A stretch of DNA of 64,000 nucleotides, taken from positions 11,162,001 through 11,226,000 of the forward strand of contig CM097885.1 in the NCBI GenBank assembly GCA_044892525.1, read 5' to 3'. The position numbers were made by a program, and so were the translations under genes. Positions 25,443 to 37,350 of this stretch are shown in pieces. The notes beneath the pieces were generated by a model, which was not told the origin of the DNA, ran no database searches, and saw nothing but the letters and a program-made list of their open reading frames with translations. Numbering within the stretch: position 1 is the stretch's first letter; the number at the start of each line of letters is the position of its first letter. The stretch comes from Schmidtea polychroa. Taxonomy: Eukaryota.

Positions 25443-26839
25443 GGATTGCGATATCGATAACCCGATAAATCGGACAAAAATATCATTTTAAAATTATCGA
25501 TAAATTCTCTAAATATTATCGATAATTCGATAAATAAACCAACACACATTTTTCAATTTCTGAAAAGATTTTCAAACTTTTGGATAGTTTAATTATTCAA
25601 CTAATTAATTTAATTTGTTTTTACACTTAAACTGTTTAAATTGTTCGTTTGTAAAATTGTTAAATTTGAACTTCTACATTTTTGGTAAATTTTTTTAAAG
25701 GAAACGAGTTTTATTTTAATTTAATATATATTATACGTGTTGATATTTGCGAATGAATCCAAAGGATCCAATAGAAAATATTGCTAAAATGATATATAAT
25801 AAACTAAAGATGGATGCTATGCCGTGGATAAAGTTAAAGGGAGGATGGAAAATACTGTATGATGAGATCTTAGTTGAGAGTGCTAAAGAAAGCATAAAAG
25901 ATAATACTACTGCGGAAGTAGATGATACCGAAGAGACAGTAAAATTCTAGTTAATAAAATAGCGATGAAACCAAGTTAAAAAGAGACAAATATTTGGATA
26001 TTGTTTGTATCGTCTTTCTCATTCTCGATAGTCAAAATTAATAATTGATTACAATTGATCAAGTTATTATTATTATTTCAACTATCTTAATTATTTTTTA
26101 ATTATTCTGTATCGACTAACAACTTTGGATGCTCCTTTAATTGGTAATCTCAGATATAATATAGCATAAAAAATACACTATGAAATATATCCAAATTTAT
26201 AAGGCATTCCTTCTCTAATTCATTAATAAAGTATCATTTACACTTGTAAGTCCAATCTTTCATTAATACCATGAATGTAGAATATATTCGGCAACCAAAA
26301 GTAATTGTAATACCTTGTATGTCTTACTAATCCGGACTAATAAACCAAGTGTTCGCTATTAAAAAATTGAAATACCAACGTTATAAAAAAGTTGATGTTA
26401 TGCTGCCGAATGAGTCTGACATACGAGGTATTATATTTTATTTCAATAATTTCCTGATGATATTATATTTTATTACTATATATAAATATAATGCCGGCTT
26501 CCCACTAAGAATTTCAGAAATTGGAAAAATGTAAACTTTTGTTGTGAACATTGGATCTGAATCCAATTGTATAAACTATACATGAAAGTTGAATCTTTTT
26601 TCTTGGTATTTCAATAAATAAAATAATTGGGCCAAAATAATGAAAACCATTAACATATTTTTAACACTATATTATTTGCTTTTCGATTTTTATTATTATT
26701 ATTATTTAAAACAATAAAGTGATAATTTTAACCTTATTATTATTATTTTTTTAATATTATTTATTATTATTATTATTATTTTTATTTTATAATATTATTA
26801 TTATTTATTATTATTATTATTATATTATTTCATTAATAG

Positions 26840-27361
26840 CCAATGGGTATATTGTCTCTTCTTGATGAAGAAAGCTTCTTTCCAAAAACCACTGACAAAA
26901 GTTTTGTGGAAAAATTATTTAAAACTCAAGAAAAGCACCCAAAACTCACAAAGGGTAAATTCCGTTCCAATGTCAACTTCTCTGTCGTACTTTATGCCGG
27001 TCGCGTAGATTACGTGGCAGATAAATGGTTAGAGAAAAACATGGACCCATTGAATGAGAATGTAGTTCAATTGCTACAAAAATCAAATGTGCCTTTTTTC
27101 CAGGTAGCTTTACTCCTAAATGCTTTTTCAAGGTTTATTCTTGGAATTATTTTCTATTAGTCCATTTGGAAAGACGCTGAAAACTTTGTTATTTTATCAG
27201 CGACTGCTAATCAAGAAACTCAGTTTGGATCTAGAACTCGCAAGGGAATGATGAGAACCACCCGTCAACTTCATAAAGAATCTTTGGTCAAATTATTGAA
27301 TGTCCTGAACAATACAAATCCACATTTTGTGCGTTGTATAATTCCTAATCACGAGAAAAGG
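26840..27361 (+). pseudogene. Myosin II heavy chain fragment, 2 exons (26840-27103, 27161-27361), locally open frame
   Basis: Same motifs as the 14206 copy with an intact Trp codon; no further myosin exons seen on either side. Confidence 0.8.
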
Positions 27362-27701
27362 GTAATAATAATAATAATTATTATTATTATTATTTATTAT
27401 TATTATTATTATTATCATTATTTATTGTTATTAATATTATTTATTATTATTAATATTATTTATTATTATTATTTATTATTAATAATATTATTTATTATTA
27501 TTATTATAATTATTACTATTAATATTAAAATTATAATTTTTTTCATTTTATCACCATTGGTTCATTTTCATTTTTAAAATATACTTAAATAATAGTAGAT
27601 GGATTGGGCACCGCTGGCACAGGGCACCGCTAGCACAGTAGCCCCCCCCCCCCGTCGGTAAGATTTTCAAAAATATTCTAAGTCTAAAAGTACATTTTTT
27701 T

Positions 27702-28318
27702 TCAAGGTCAAATTTAAACAAAGACATATGACTCATCAAGGTCATTGAGACAAAGACCATGACTCATATTATGACTCATCAAATTTTTCAAGGTCATTTA
27801 AACAAAGGCCATGAGTCATCATATGACTCATCAAGGTCATTTTCAAGGTCATATGACTCATACTATGACTCATCAAGGTCAAAAAAATTTTCTCAGGGTC
27901 ATTTAAACAAAGGCCATGGCTCATCAAGGTCATTTTCAAGGTCATATGACTCATACTATGACACATCAAGGTCATTGAAACAAAGACCATGACTCACAGT
28001 ATGACTCATCAAGGGCATTTCCAAGGTCATATGACTCATAATATGACTCATCAAGGTCATTTTCAAGGTCATATGACTCATAGTATGACTCAAATGACCT
28101 TGAAAATTTTTTCAAGGTCATATGACTCATGATATGACTCATCTCGGTCATTCTCAAGGTCTTATGACTCATCCGATGACTCATCAAACTTTTCAAGGTC
28201 ATTTTCAAGGTCATCTGAGTCATTTTATGACTCATCAAGGTCATTTTCAAGGTCACGTGACTCATCCAAGGTCATTCCCAAGGTCATATGAGTCATCGCG
28301 ATGACTCATCAAGGTCAT
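27702..28318. repeat. Subterminal repeat array of TGACTCA and (T)CAAGGTCA motifs
   Basis: By eye about 23 TGA(C/G)TCA and about 21 CAAGGTCA motifs in ~620 bp. Confidence 0.9.
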
Positions 28319-28673
28319 ATTATTATTTTAAAAAATATTATTATTTTTATTATTATTTTTAAAAATATTATTATTTTATTTTTAATTTTTTCAAAGTTCC
28401 CGCCAACGAAAATTAATAATCGATAGCTCATTTTAAAGCTCAATCCAAGACCTTTCGAATGAGCCATATATCTTGTTATTAGTATTATTAGTATTATTAG
28501 TATTAATCTATATACACCGAGTCTATATACTCTGAGTCTATCCGACAAAATATTTTGTCCCCCTATGGGTAATGCTCACAAGGGTACTGGTCACGCTCAA
28601 CAAATCAACAAAACATACATTTATTTAAACAATAAAATAATGTAAAATTAACAAAGGTAAACTTAATATTTAT

Positions 28674-29302
28674 TTACATGTATATAGTATGATATTCATT
28701 AATCAGTGTTGAACAAGCTTGACACTTGCGAACAATCTTCTCGTTACACTTAGAACAAACAATTACGTGACCGCACGGTAAATACAAAACCGAAACTCGA
28801 TTTTCTTTACAAATTGAGCAAGTTAAATACCTTTTCTTAACATCGCTCAGTTTTTTCGTTAGCTTATTTTCAATCAAATCGGTTTTTGCTATCCAATCAT
28901 AAATCAATCTACTATATCCAGGTTTCAACCTTAAAAACATACAACTCCAAAAGTATTCATTCAGTGAATCATTGTTTACTGCTATTTTTTCTAAGTACAT
29001 TAAATAACAAGATAACTTTAAAATGGATTTCTCATAATTAAATAAATCAAACAAATATTCAATAGAGGAATGTTTGAAAATCTTTAAAATATTTATGAGT
29101 TGCTTATCACTGTAAGTATCATGATTATTTATAAAATCTTCAACTGTGTTGTTAAAAAATTTCATTGAAATTTCGGAATCGGTCGGACTTAATTTTTCCT
29201 TATTTCTTCCTTGCTATAAATGACATATATAAAAAAATATTGACAAAATAATAAAGTTACCAAATGTGTTACACATTCATCAATTTTATTTGTAGAAATC
29301 AT
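28674..29302 (-). CDS. IAP/MDM2-type C-terminal RING finger protein; predicted exons 29302-29261 and 29213-28674
   Basis: CSICKE..VLYLPCGHVIVCSKC..CQACSTLI..IYM*; frame open upstream to an AG at 29215-29214; 47-nt GT-AG intron joins MISTNKIDECVTHL in frame. Confidence 0.8.
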
Positions 29303-29430
29303 TAGTAATAAATAACTAAATTACTTTTGTTCTTACATTTATAAAATGTGATAGCCAATCAAAATATAGAAATTGTAACCATCAAATGGATAATAAGCAT
29401 GACTAGTAACCTTGCAAGCTGTTTAAAGTT

Positions 29431-29464
<34 letters not shown>

Positions 29465-29479
29465 GCAAGCTGTTTAAAG

Positions 29480-29522
<43 letters not shown>

Positions 29523-29572
29523 ATTATTATTATTATTATTAATATTATTATTATTATGCAAGCTGTTTAAAG

Positions 29573-29624
<52 letters not shown>

Positions 29625-29632
29625 GTGATTGA

Positions 29633-29855
29633 TATAGCTGCATGCTCACTGCAGACTATACTTATATAGCTGCATGCTCACTGCAGACTATACTTATATA
29701 GCTGCATGCTCACTGCAGACTATATATAAAAATACTGATATAGCTGCATGCTCACTGCAGACTATATATAAAAAAAAAACTGATATAGCTGCATGCTCAC
29801 TGCAGACTATATATAAAAAAAAACTGATATAGCTGCATGCTCACTGCAGACTATA
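29633..29855. repeat. Array of six 28-nt hairpin repeats TATAGCTGCATGCTCACTGCAGACTATA
   Basis: Units start at 29633, 29665, 29697, 29739, 29784, 29828. Confidence 0.92.
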
Positions 29856-30086
29856 TAAAAATCACCATTAAATATAAAAAATTATAATAAAAGACCAAAT
29901 ACTTAAAAAATTAAAAAAAAAAAATCTGATTAAAAATTTTATTGAATATGTATATATAAATACAAGTTTTATACAATATACAGGTTTTTGTACAAGTTTT
30001 TAAATAAAAGTTTCTATACAATTTTTTATAAATCATGAAATCACTATACAAGTTTTTATAAATCAAAAATATAAAGTTTTTTCTAT

Positions 30087-33000
30087 TTAAATTTGATCTT
30101 CGTCCCATTCGCTGTCGTCAAAACTGGGACTTGGAGCTGCACTGAATTCCTCATCATATTCGCTTAAATCGTCAACTCCTAAATAGTGCCCAAATGCGTA
30201 ACTTATGTTTTTTCCTAGCCACGCGCGCTTATCATCATTATTACTTAGGGCAATTTTCGAATTTTTAAAAGTAAAAAGTTGGTGATTTCTAGTACCTATT
30301 CTAGTCTGCGGTACAGAAATCACCTGATTTGAATGAAAGCAATTTAGATATGATTCGTGATTTATTGATGTCCCTGGTAATTTAACCCCTTTCGCTTTTA
30401 CTGTTTCCTTACTACCTAAAAGACTATAACATTTAGGGCGTAAGAAAACCCATTCAGAATAACCTAATCCCTTGCTCTCATCTTTAAACTTCCCGATGAC
30501 AGAGTCAAGGTTCCTATTATATAAGGGGTGTGTTGGATCGTAATTTGACGTATCCAATAAATTATCAGAGATCATCTGAGGTAATAGAGTTGTTAATTTT
30601 AAATTTTTAATTTCCAAAAAGAAACTGTCGGTATCACCGGCAATAATATTAATTATACATTTATATTGGCGTCTGTACTTCTCCAAATCAATATATTGGA
30701 GCTGGTACATCCGCAGTTTAGACAGATCTAGTACTGTTTGACCAATGTAGCTAGGTCTGTCTAAACAAATCACATCTTTTTCCAAATGTGCCGCAATCAG
30801 ATCGTTATCGATTCTTATGGACTTTCTGAAAGTCGGCTTTGAGGAGTATACTATCATCTTTTCGGATGAATTACACAACCTCAAATTCATTCTTTTTTTC
30901 AAATTTTCAACCGATTTACCGTAAAGAGAGTTATTATACAATTTAAACAAGTCCCTATATATCTCGCTAGTAGACTGAGATCGTAAAGTGGTGTTGGTGT
31001 CTATGTAGGATTTAAAGATAGGTCCTTGTTTAAACTTTATACATCTATGAATATTTACAACAACCGCACCTAATTCTATATACAATTTGAGAAGCTTCCA
31101 ATGAAGAACATAATTCCTCTTTGGCCAATGCGTAAGCATAAGCTTCTCAACTTTTGAATTAGGCGGGCACAACTTTTCCGGCGCAAGCGGAAAATCATTC
31201 AAAAAGTCATGCACACATTCCGGAATATCGATATCGACCTCCATAGTATACCCATATGGAAGGTTATCAATATCCGTGTTCATACATTCAAGTAAAACAT
31301 CATTCAAGTTATTATTCACCCAAGAAAAATCACCATACGGAAGATTTTGGCTAAGAGCCCAACCATACAGATTATTTATATCAATGTACAATAATTCTGT
31401 ATCATCTGAAGTAGCCGTGTAATGTTTGTTAACAAATGTTAACCCACCCCGGATACCTCCCTCATAGAAATTATACATTTCCATGTCCTGCAGAAGTTCT
31501 ATTGGTTCCGTTAATGTCATAAGCGCTGAGGCCCATGACATACCGGGAATCCCGTAGAAATTAAGAGGATCCAGACCATTGTAAGCAATTGCCTTACCGC
31601 GGAATTGCTGAAAATAATCTGCGAGGAGGTATACGTCCAATTTTAGGTAGATTAACATATAATCTAACAAATTATTACAGTTATGCTGACTCCAAATTAG
31701 TTGAGCCTCAGCGTACTGATCTTCCGTAACATCAGACCAAATAGGAGGTAATTCTAAAGTCGATTCAAGAACATCCAAAGAAGTAGCGAAATTATATGGA
31801 AAGATACCTTTAGAGTGAATCATCGACCCTTGAAAGACAGACGAAGTTAACGGAAAAGTAGTTAAGGTTTTCACAGCTTTTGCTAAAGAACAATTAACAA
31901 ATTGCATGCTGTCAATAAAACGAACAGGCAATTTGTTAATATATGCAATTAAAGATATAAATTTTTCTGTAGAGGTAGGTATAATATTAAGTTCCCAAAG
32001 GGGAAAATCACTGAGACCATGTTTTAAAATATGGTGGAGGTCATAGCCTCGTAAATTATGAAAGACAACAGGTAACAATTTATTAATCCTGCGAGAGATA
32101 TTGCATTTCCTACATGCCGCTCCGACATATCTACCTGTAAAATGGCAATGATCTCTCACAGGATTAATAATAGATTTTTTACACAAATAACAAATAGTGG
32201 TAGATCGAAAGGCACGCTCCTGAGCAAAAGACAAAGTAGACATACCTTTACGACCTTCAAGTTCATAATATGGCAGGACAATTGTGACAGCAATTTCCTC
32301 CACTTTCCTCAAAAAATCCAAAATACAATTAGGTCCAAAAAAATAATAATAAAATTTTGTGTTTGTATAATTATTAATTAATAAAAGACCTGCTGATATG
32401 GGTAAATGTATTTGATGATATGTTTCATGTTCTGGTAAAACCGATTCAAAATCGGCATAAATTACGAAGGGAGGTGTAACTGTTTTTGCGTAATCTGTGA
32501 ATAATAAATCCTTATTTTTAGGAAGTGTATACAAGGTTGTGCCAGTCTGATTTTTACAGCATAGAGCAACATGCTGATCGAAAGCATTCTTATATCTAAA
32601 GCCATTTAAACAATGTGGGCACCAGTTACACCTTTTTTGAACGTTAACATTTTCATTTAAATGGCAATTCATTAATTTGTCCAAGTCTGTCACGGCCGTA
32701 TAATGATATTTATCTTTATTACTCAAAAGTAATAAATAAATTGGCCTACCATCTATAACCTTGGAGCGATGTATGATATTAAGATGAGGGTGGTGAGCTA
32801 CATAATCCTGAGAAATATCACTATCAGTACTGGCTGGATTATACGAAAGAACGTTTATGCTTAAATTTAAATCACGATTTTTCCTTTCAAATTTAGGAAT
32901 GTTACATAGCCTCATCGGGCAATCGGTGTCTTCGTCATAATTTAATAGAGGTAAAAATTCTATATATTTGGCGGCTCTTTGGTGATTACGACCTATTTCT

Positions 33001-34141
33001 TCTCTTTTTAAAAGTGCAAGAATGCTATATAAGAAACACTTATGGTCGTTGTTTTTAACGTTAATTATTGCATGTTTTAATTTTAAAGCCGATGGGGTTT
33101 TTATATAGCTATGTCCGGATAATCTACTAACGGGTGCGTATTTCGTTAAAATAAAATCTATCTCTAAAATATTCACTACTCGCCACCCGCTTCCTAAATA
33201 GGTGAATTGCTCAATCTTTTCATTTAATTTGCTCACCCCCTCGTTTATAAAATTTGCTGAAAAAACTTGCGCATTGTTTGAAAAATAATTATCCCGGATC
33301 TCCCCATCTTTTTCAAATTTAATTAAAATTGTAAATTGGATTTTTACATTGCCCATCTTTTCTATTTCCTCTATTAATCTTTCTTCAATTTTTGATGTTA
33401 GGGCTATTTTAACCAGGTTTTCATTTCTTATATTAAATTTTAAAGTTTTACGTGATCCATTCAAATCGGATTCAACAACTGGTTCAAACAAAGAGCCGCC
33501 TATTTGACATATGTTGAAAGACGTTGAAGCTACACATTCATCATTGATGACTATCACTTCTTGTTGTGTAATGGGTGATTGTTGTGTAATGGGTGCTTGT
33601 TGTGTAAACGATGTTGAAGCTACACATTCATCTTTGCTGATGACTATCACTTCAGGTCGCGATAATTTATTAGGAATGCAATTTTTAATTAAACCAGCAG
33701 GTCTTTTAATAGAATCTTTTTTAATATTTATAATATCTTTTTTAATAATATTTATAGTATCTTTTTTAATAATAATAGCATCTTTTTTAATAGAATCTGT
33801 TTTTTCTTTTATAATATTTTTTTTAATATTTTTTAAATCTTTTTTAATACCTTTTTTTATATCTTTTTTAATAGTATTTTTTGGTAAATTTTTTGATAAA
33901 TTTTTTTGTAATTTCTTATTTATTTTTTTAAATAAAACATTTTTTGATATCGAAAATTGCCCTAAGTGACTATGATGTTTATTAAAAAATTCCCTATATT
34001 TTATTTTTTCGCTAGTCACGCATTTGGGGCATATAAAAAAGTTGACGGAATTAAACGTCTTTTTGTAGTACTTTTTCATTGTGCGATGACATTTATCGCT
34101 ATGTCCATTTGCAGCTTGACAATAATTTGGGTATAGTCTAC
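30087..34141 (-). CDS. polB: Protein-primed family B DNA polymerase (terminal protein, OTU-like, Zn finger, exonuclease with endonuclease VII-like insert, polymerase)
   Basis: YADFES, FHNLRGYD, FIDS, KGIFPY, YIDINNLYG, KLYNNSLYGK, GDTDS, RPKCY; DHCHFTGRYVGAACRKCN; NNDHKCFLYS..HY; ATG at 34079, frame open to the acceptor at 34141. Confidence 0.95.
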
Positions 34142-34198
34142 CTGTTAAATAATAAAATTAAAGTTTTTTCTTTTTTCTAATTGTTATTAATTGTTACA

Positions 34199-34272
34199 TC
34201 TATAAGGATTTATCATCATTTGTTATTTAATTCAAATGAACTATATAACAAATGATGATAAATCCTTATAGA
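34199..34272. repeat. Perfect 28-bp inverted repeat with 18-nt loop
   Basis: TCTATAAGGATTTATCATCATTTGTTAT / ATAACAAATGATGATAAATCCTTATAGA. Confidence 0.92.
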
Positions 34273-34370
34273 AAATAGGTTAATAGAGAATATTAGAGAG
34301 ATTTTAGTATATGGGTCAGATTATTATATGTTAAATATTAGACGAGTAAGATTATTATTATTAAAGAGAA

Positions 34371-34443
34371 GTAGCTGCATGCTCACTGCAGACTACTATA
34401 TAGCTACATGCTTACTGTAGACAATAGTAGAAGGGTCAGATTA

Positions 34444-34498
<55 letters not shown>

Positions 34499-34591
34499 AT
34501 TATTATTATTAAAGAGAAGTAGCTGCATGCTCACTGCAGACTACTATATAGCTACATGCTTACTGTAGACTATAGTAGAAGGGTCAGATTA

Positions 34592-34649
<58 letters not shown>

Positions 34650-34735
34650 TTATAAAAGAGAAGTAGCTGCATGTTCACTGCAGACTACTATATAGCTACA
34701 TGCTTACTGTAGACTATAGTAGAAGGGTCAGATTA

Positions 34736-34814
<79 letters not shown>

Positions 34815-34900
34815 TTATAAAAGAGAAGTAGCTGCATGTTCACTGCAGACTACTATATAGCTACATGCTTACTGTAGACTATAGTAGAAGGGTCAGATTA

Positions 34901-34958
<58 letters not shown>

Positions 34959-35044
34959 TTATAAAAGAGAAGTAGCTGCATGTTCACTGCAGACTACTAT
35001 ATAGCTACATGCTTATTGTAGACTATAGTAGAAGGGTCAGATTA

Positions 35045-35078
<34 letters not shown>

Positions 35079-35147
35079 TTATAAAAGAGAAGTAGCTACA
35101 TGCTTACTGTAGACTACTATGTAGCTACATGCTTACTGTAGACTACA
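34371..35147. repeat. Six double-hairpin units separated by variable (ATT)n tracts
   Basis: GTAGCTGCATG(C/T)TCACTGCAGACTAC + TATAGCTACATGCTTACTGTAGACTATA; same family as the 29633 array. Confidence 0.92.
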
Positions 35148-35150
35148 TTA

Positions 35151-35208
<58 letters not shown>

Positions 35209-35329
35209 TTAACTATTGTAGATGCACATTGCAAACTACAAGGATTTTATAACTATAATTTTGTAATAACTTTTTAAATATTTTCATAATAATTTCAAAA
35301 ACATAGTATTTACTTCATAAATCATTTTC

Positions 35330-35820
35330 TTCATAATTTTCGTCATAAGTTTCATCATAATTTTAGTCATAAAGTATTTTCATCATAAATTTTCGTCATT
35401 ATTTCATCATAATTTTGGTCATAAATCATAAAGCATTTTCATCATAATTTTGGTCATAAATCATAATAAATCATTTTCAGCATAATTTTGGTCATAAATC
35501 ATAAAGCATTTTCATCATAATTTTGATCATAAATCATAAAGCATTTTCATCATAATTTTGGTCATAAAGCATTTTCATCATAATTTTGGTCATAAATCAT
35601 AAAGCATTTTCATCATAATTTTGGTCATAAAGCATTTTCATCATAATTCTGGTCATAAAGCATTTTCATCATAATTTTGGTCATAAATCATAATAAATCA
35701 TTTTCATCATAATAATTCATTTTCATCATAAATTTTCTTCATATTTTCATCATAATCATTTTCTTCATAAATCATTTTTTCATCAATTTTTTGGCATATT
35801 TTCATCATAAAATCATTTTC
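35330..35820. repeat. Minisatellite CATCATAATTTTGGTCATAAA(TCATAAA)GCATTTT
   Basis: Direct inspection; degenerate edges; no ORF in the track. Confidence 0.85.
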
Positions 35821-35964
35821 TTCAACAGTTTCATTATAATTTTTATCCAAATATTTAAAAAATTTTTTATCAAAATGTTTTTTTTTTTATGAAAATATTT
35901 AAAAAGTTGTTACGAAATTTTAATAAATTTTAATATAAAAAATATAAAAATAAATGAATCTTAC

Positions 35965-36293
35965 ATTTCGATTCCATATCGGAATCAGAGTCCTCCTCAT
36001 TAGAAGCGATGTCATTCATTTCGTCCATATTAGAACTATTATCGGAATCATCATCTTCAGCAATTTCATAATCTTCGGCATCAATGTCAACATTGAAAAC
36101 ATTTGAATTTGAACATTTGAAAACATTTGAAACATTTTCTAAAATGAAAAATTAATTTAATAAAGTGAAAAATAATAAAATTTACTTTTTTCTTCGAAAA
36201 CCTTGTTTTGCCCAACATCCTTAACTGGGGCATCAATAAATATCAAATCCTCATCGGCATTAATTTCTTCGTCTTCGCTAATAGTAATAATAC
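35965..36293 (-). pseudogene. Last two acidic mini-exons of the Polinton spliced leader, cut by the duplication junction
   Basis: Identical to 62422-62750; upstream exons and ATG missing. Confidence 0.6.
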
Positions 36294-36306
36294 ATGTATT
36301 CGTAGA

Positions 36307-37350
36307 CAGAGCCTTTTAGAGCCTTTTGGAGGCCCAGGTCTGACATTATATGTGGCCCCTATATAATGAAAAATATACAAAAAATGAAATTTTTACTGAT
36401 AAAAAATTTATTATTTCAAAAATAAAAAAATATATTCCGAATATCAAAGTAATATTAATTAAAATTTAAAAATGCGCTTTTCGAGCCTTTAAAGCTGCAA
36501 AAGAACTTATAATTTCAGCATAGTCCAAATTTCTAGCTATATCCCAATTAATATTTAGCGTCGCCAGATGATTTACACGATTCTGTATCATGGTTGATCT
36601 TAAATAATTTTTATCCGTTTGAGTACGCTAAAACTCCTCTCTGCCTCTGGTACGCTAACTGGCAAGGTTAAAAATATTCTCAGAGCAATAGCAATATTTG
36701 GATAAATATTTAAAAACCCCATTTCGATTATTTCTTTTAAAAGCTCACACGGTTTCGTGCAGCCTTTAAAATTTGATTTATAAACTCTTTTAAGTTTTTT
36801 CTTATGCCTTTTGCTGGCACCGCTTTCGTAGGTCCTCTTCATGTTTTAATTGCCGCCAAGTTTATTTATTTTTATTTATTATCAATAATCAAAGCCAAAC
36901 AAAAAATAAATTACCCGTTTTCCTAATTTTATGTAGTTTAAAAAAATCAAATTTAAACACTTTAACTTTAAAACACTTAAACAACGTCAAAGACAAACTG
37001 CTAATAAACTTTTATATCATAATTTGAACTCATGTAACAAATAAAAGCCTACTATTCTTTAATATTTTTAATATAATTTTTAATATATTTTTAAAATAAT
37101 AAGATTTTGAAATCATATCGGCAGTTAGTTGTGCAATTGCAATGAAAAAAAATGAGAATCTCAGGAAAAGCGAAAATAAAATAACACCAAAAATAAGGCC
37201 TCCTATTCTATAGTTAAATTATATTTAATCTTAGAAAAAAAATTGTTGCCCTACGTAAAATGGCGAAATACATTTTTGATCGTTTGGTGTAGTATCAAAT
37301 AGTGTTATTTGGGGCCCCCTAAAATAAGAGGCCCATGCTAAAAGACCCTT
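36307..37350 (-). mobile_element. Deleted hAT element (copy 2)
   Basis: Duplicate of 9885-10928. Confidence 0.65.

Larger units (their letters stand above)
27594..36293 (-). mobile_element. Polinton/Maverick (adintovirus-like) element, truncated by the duplication junction
   Basis: Putative terminus AGTAGATGG followed by GC-rich GGGCACCGCT repeats; RING and pPolB genes; terminus position inferred, second TIR absent. Confidence 0.8.

Noticed and set aside
27551..28548. Several short repetitive ORFs on both strands
   Set aside because: By-products of the TGACTCA/CAAGGTCA array and AT-rich sequence
33511..33969. Hydrophobic 152-aa + strand ORF (also 32142-32381, 21413-21733, 6340-6648)
   Set aside because: Antisense shadows of real minus-strand genes
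34371..35147. CRISPR array
   Set aside because: Eukaryotic context, no cas genes, and the spacers are ATT microsatellites rather than unique sequences
28674..36293. Splicing of the SIM exons onto the RING exon to make an RNF4-like ligase
   Set aside because: Leader donors are phase 1 and the RING acceptor is phase 0, so a direct join is out of frame
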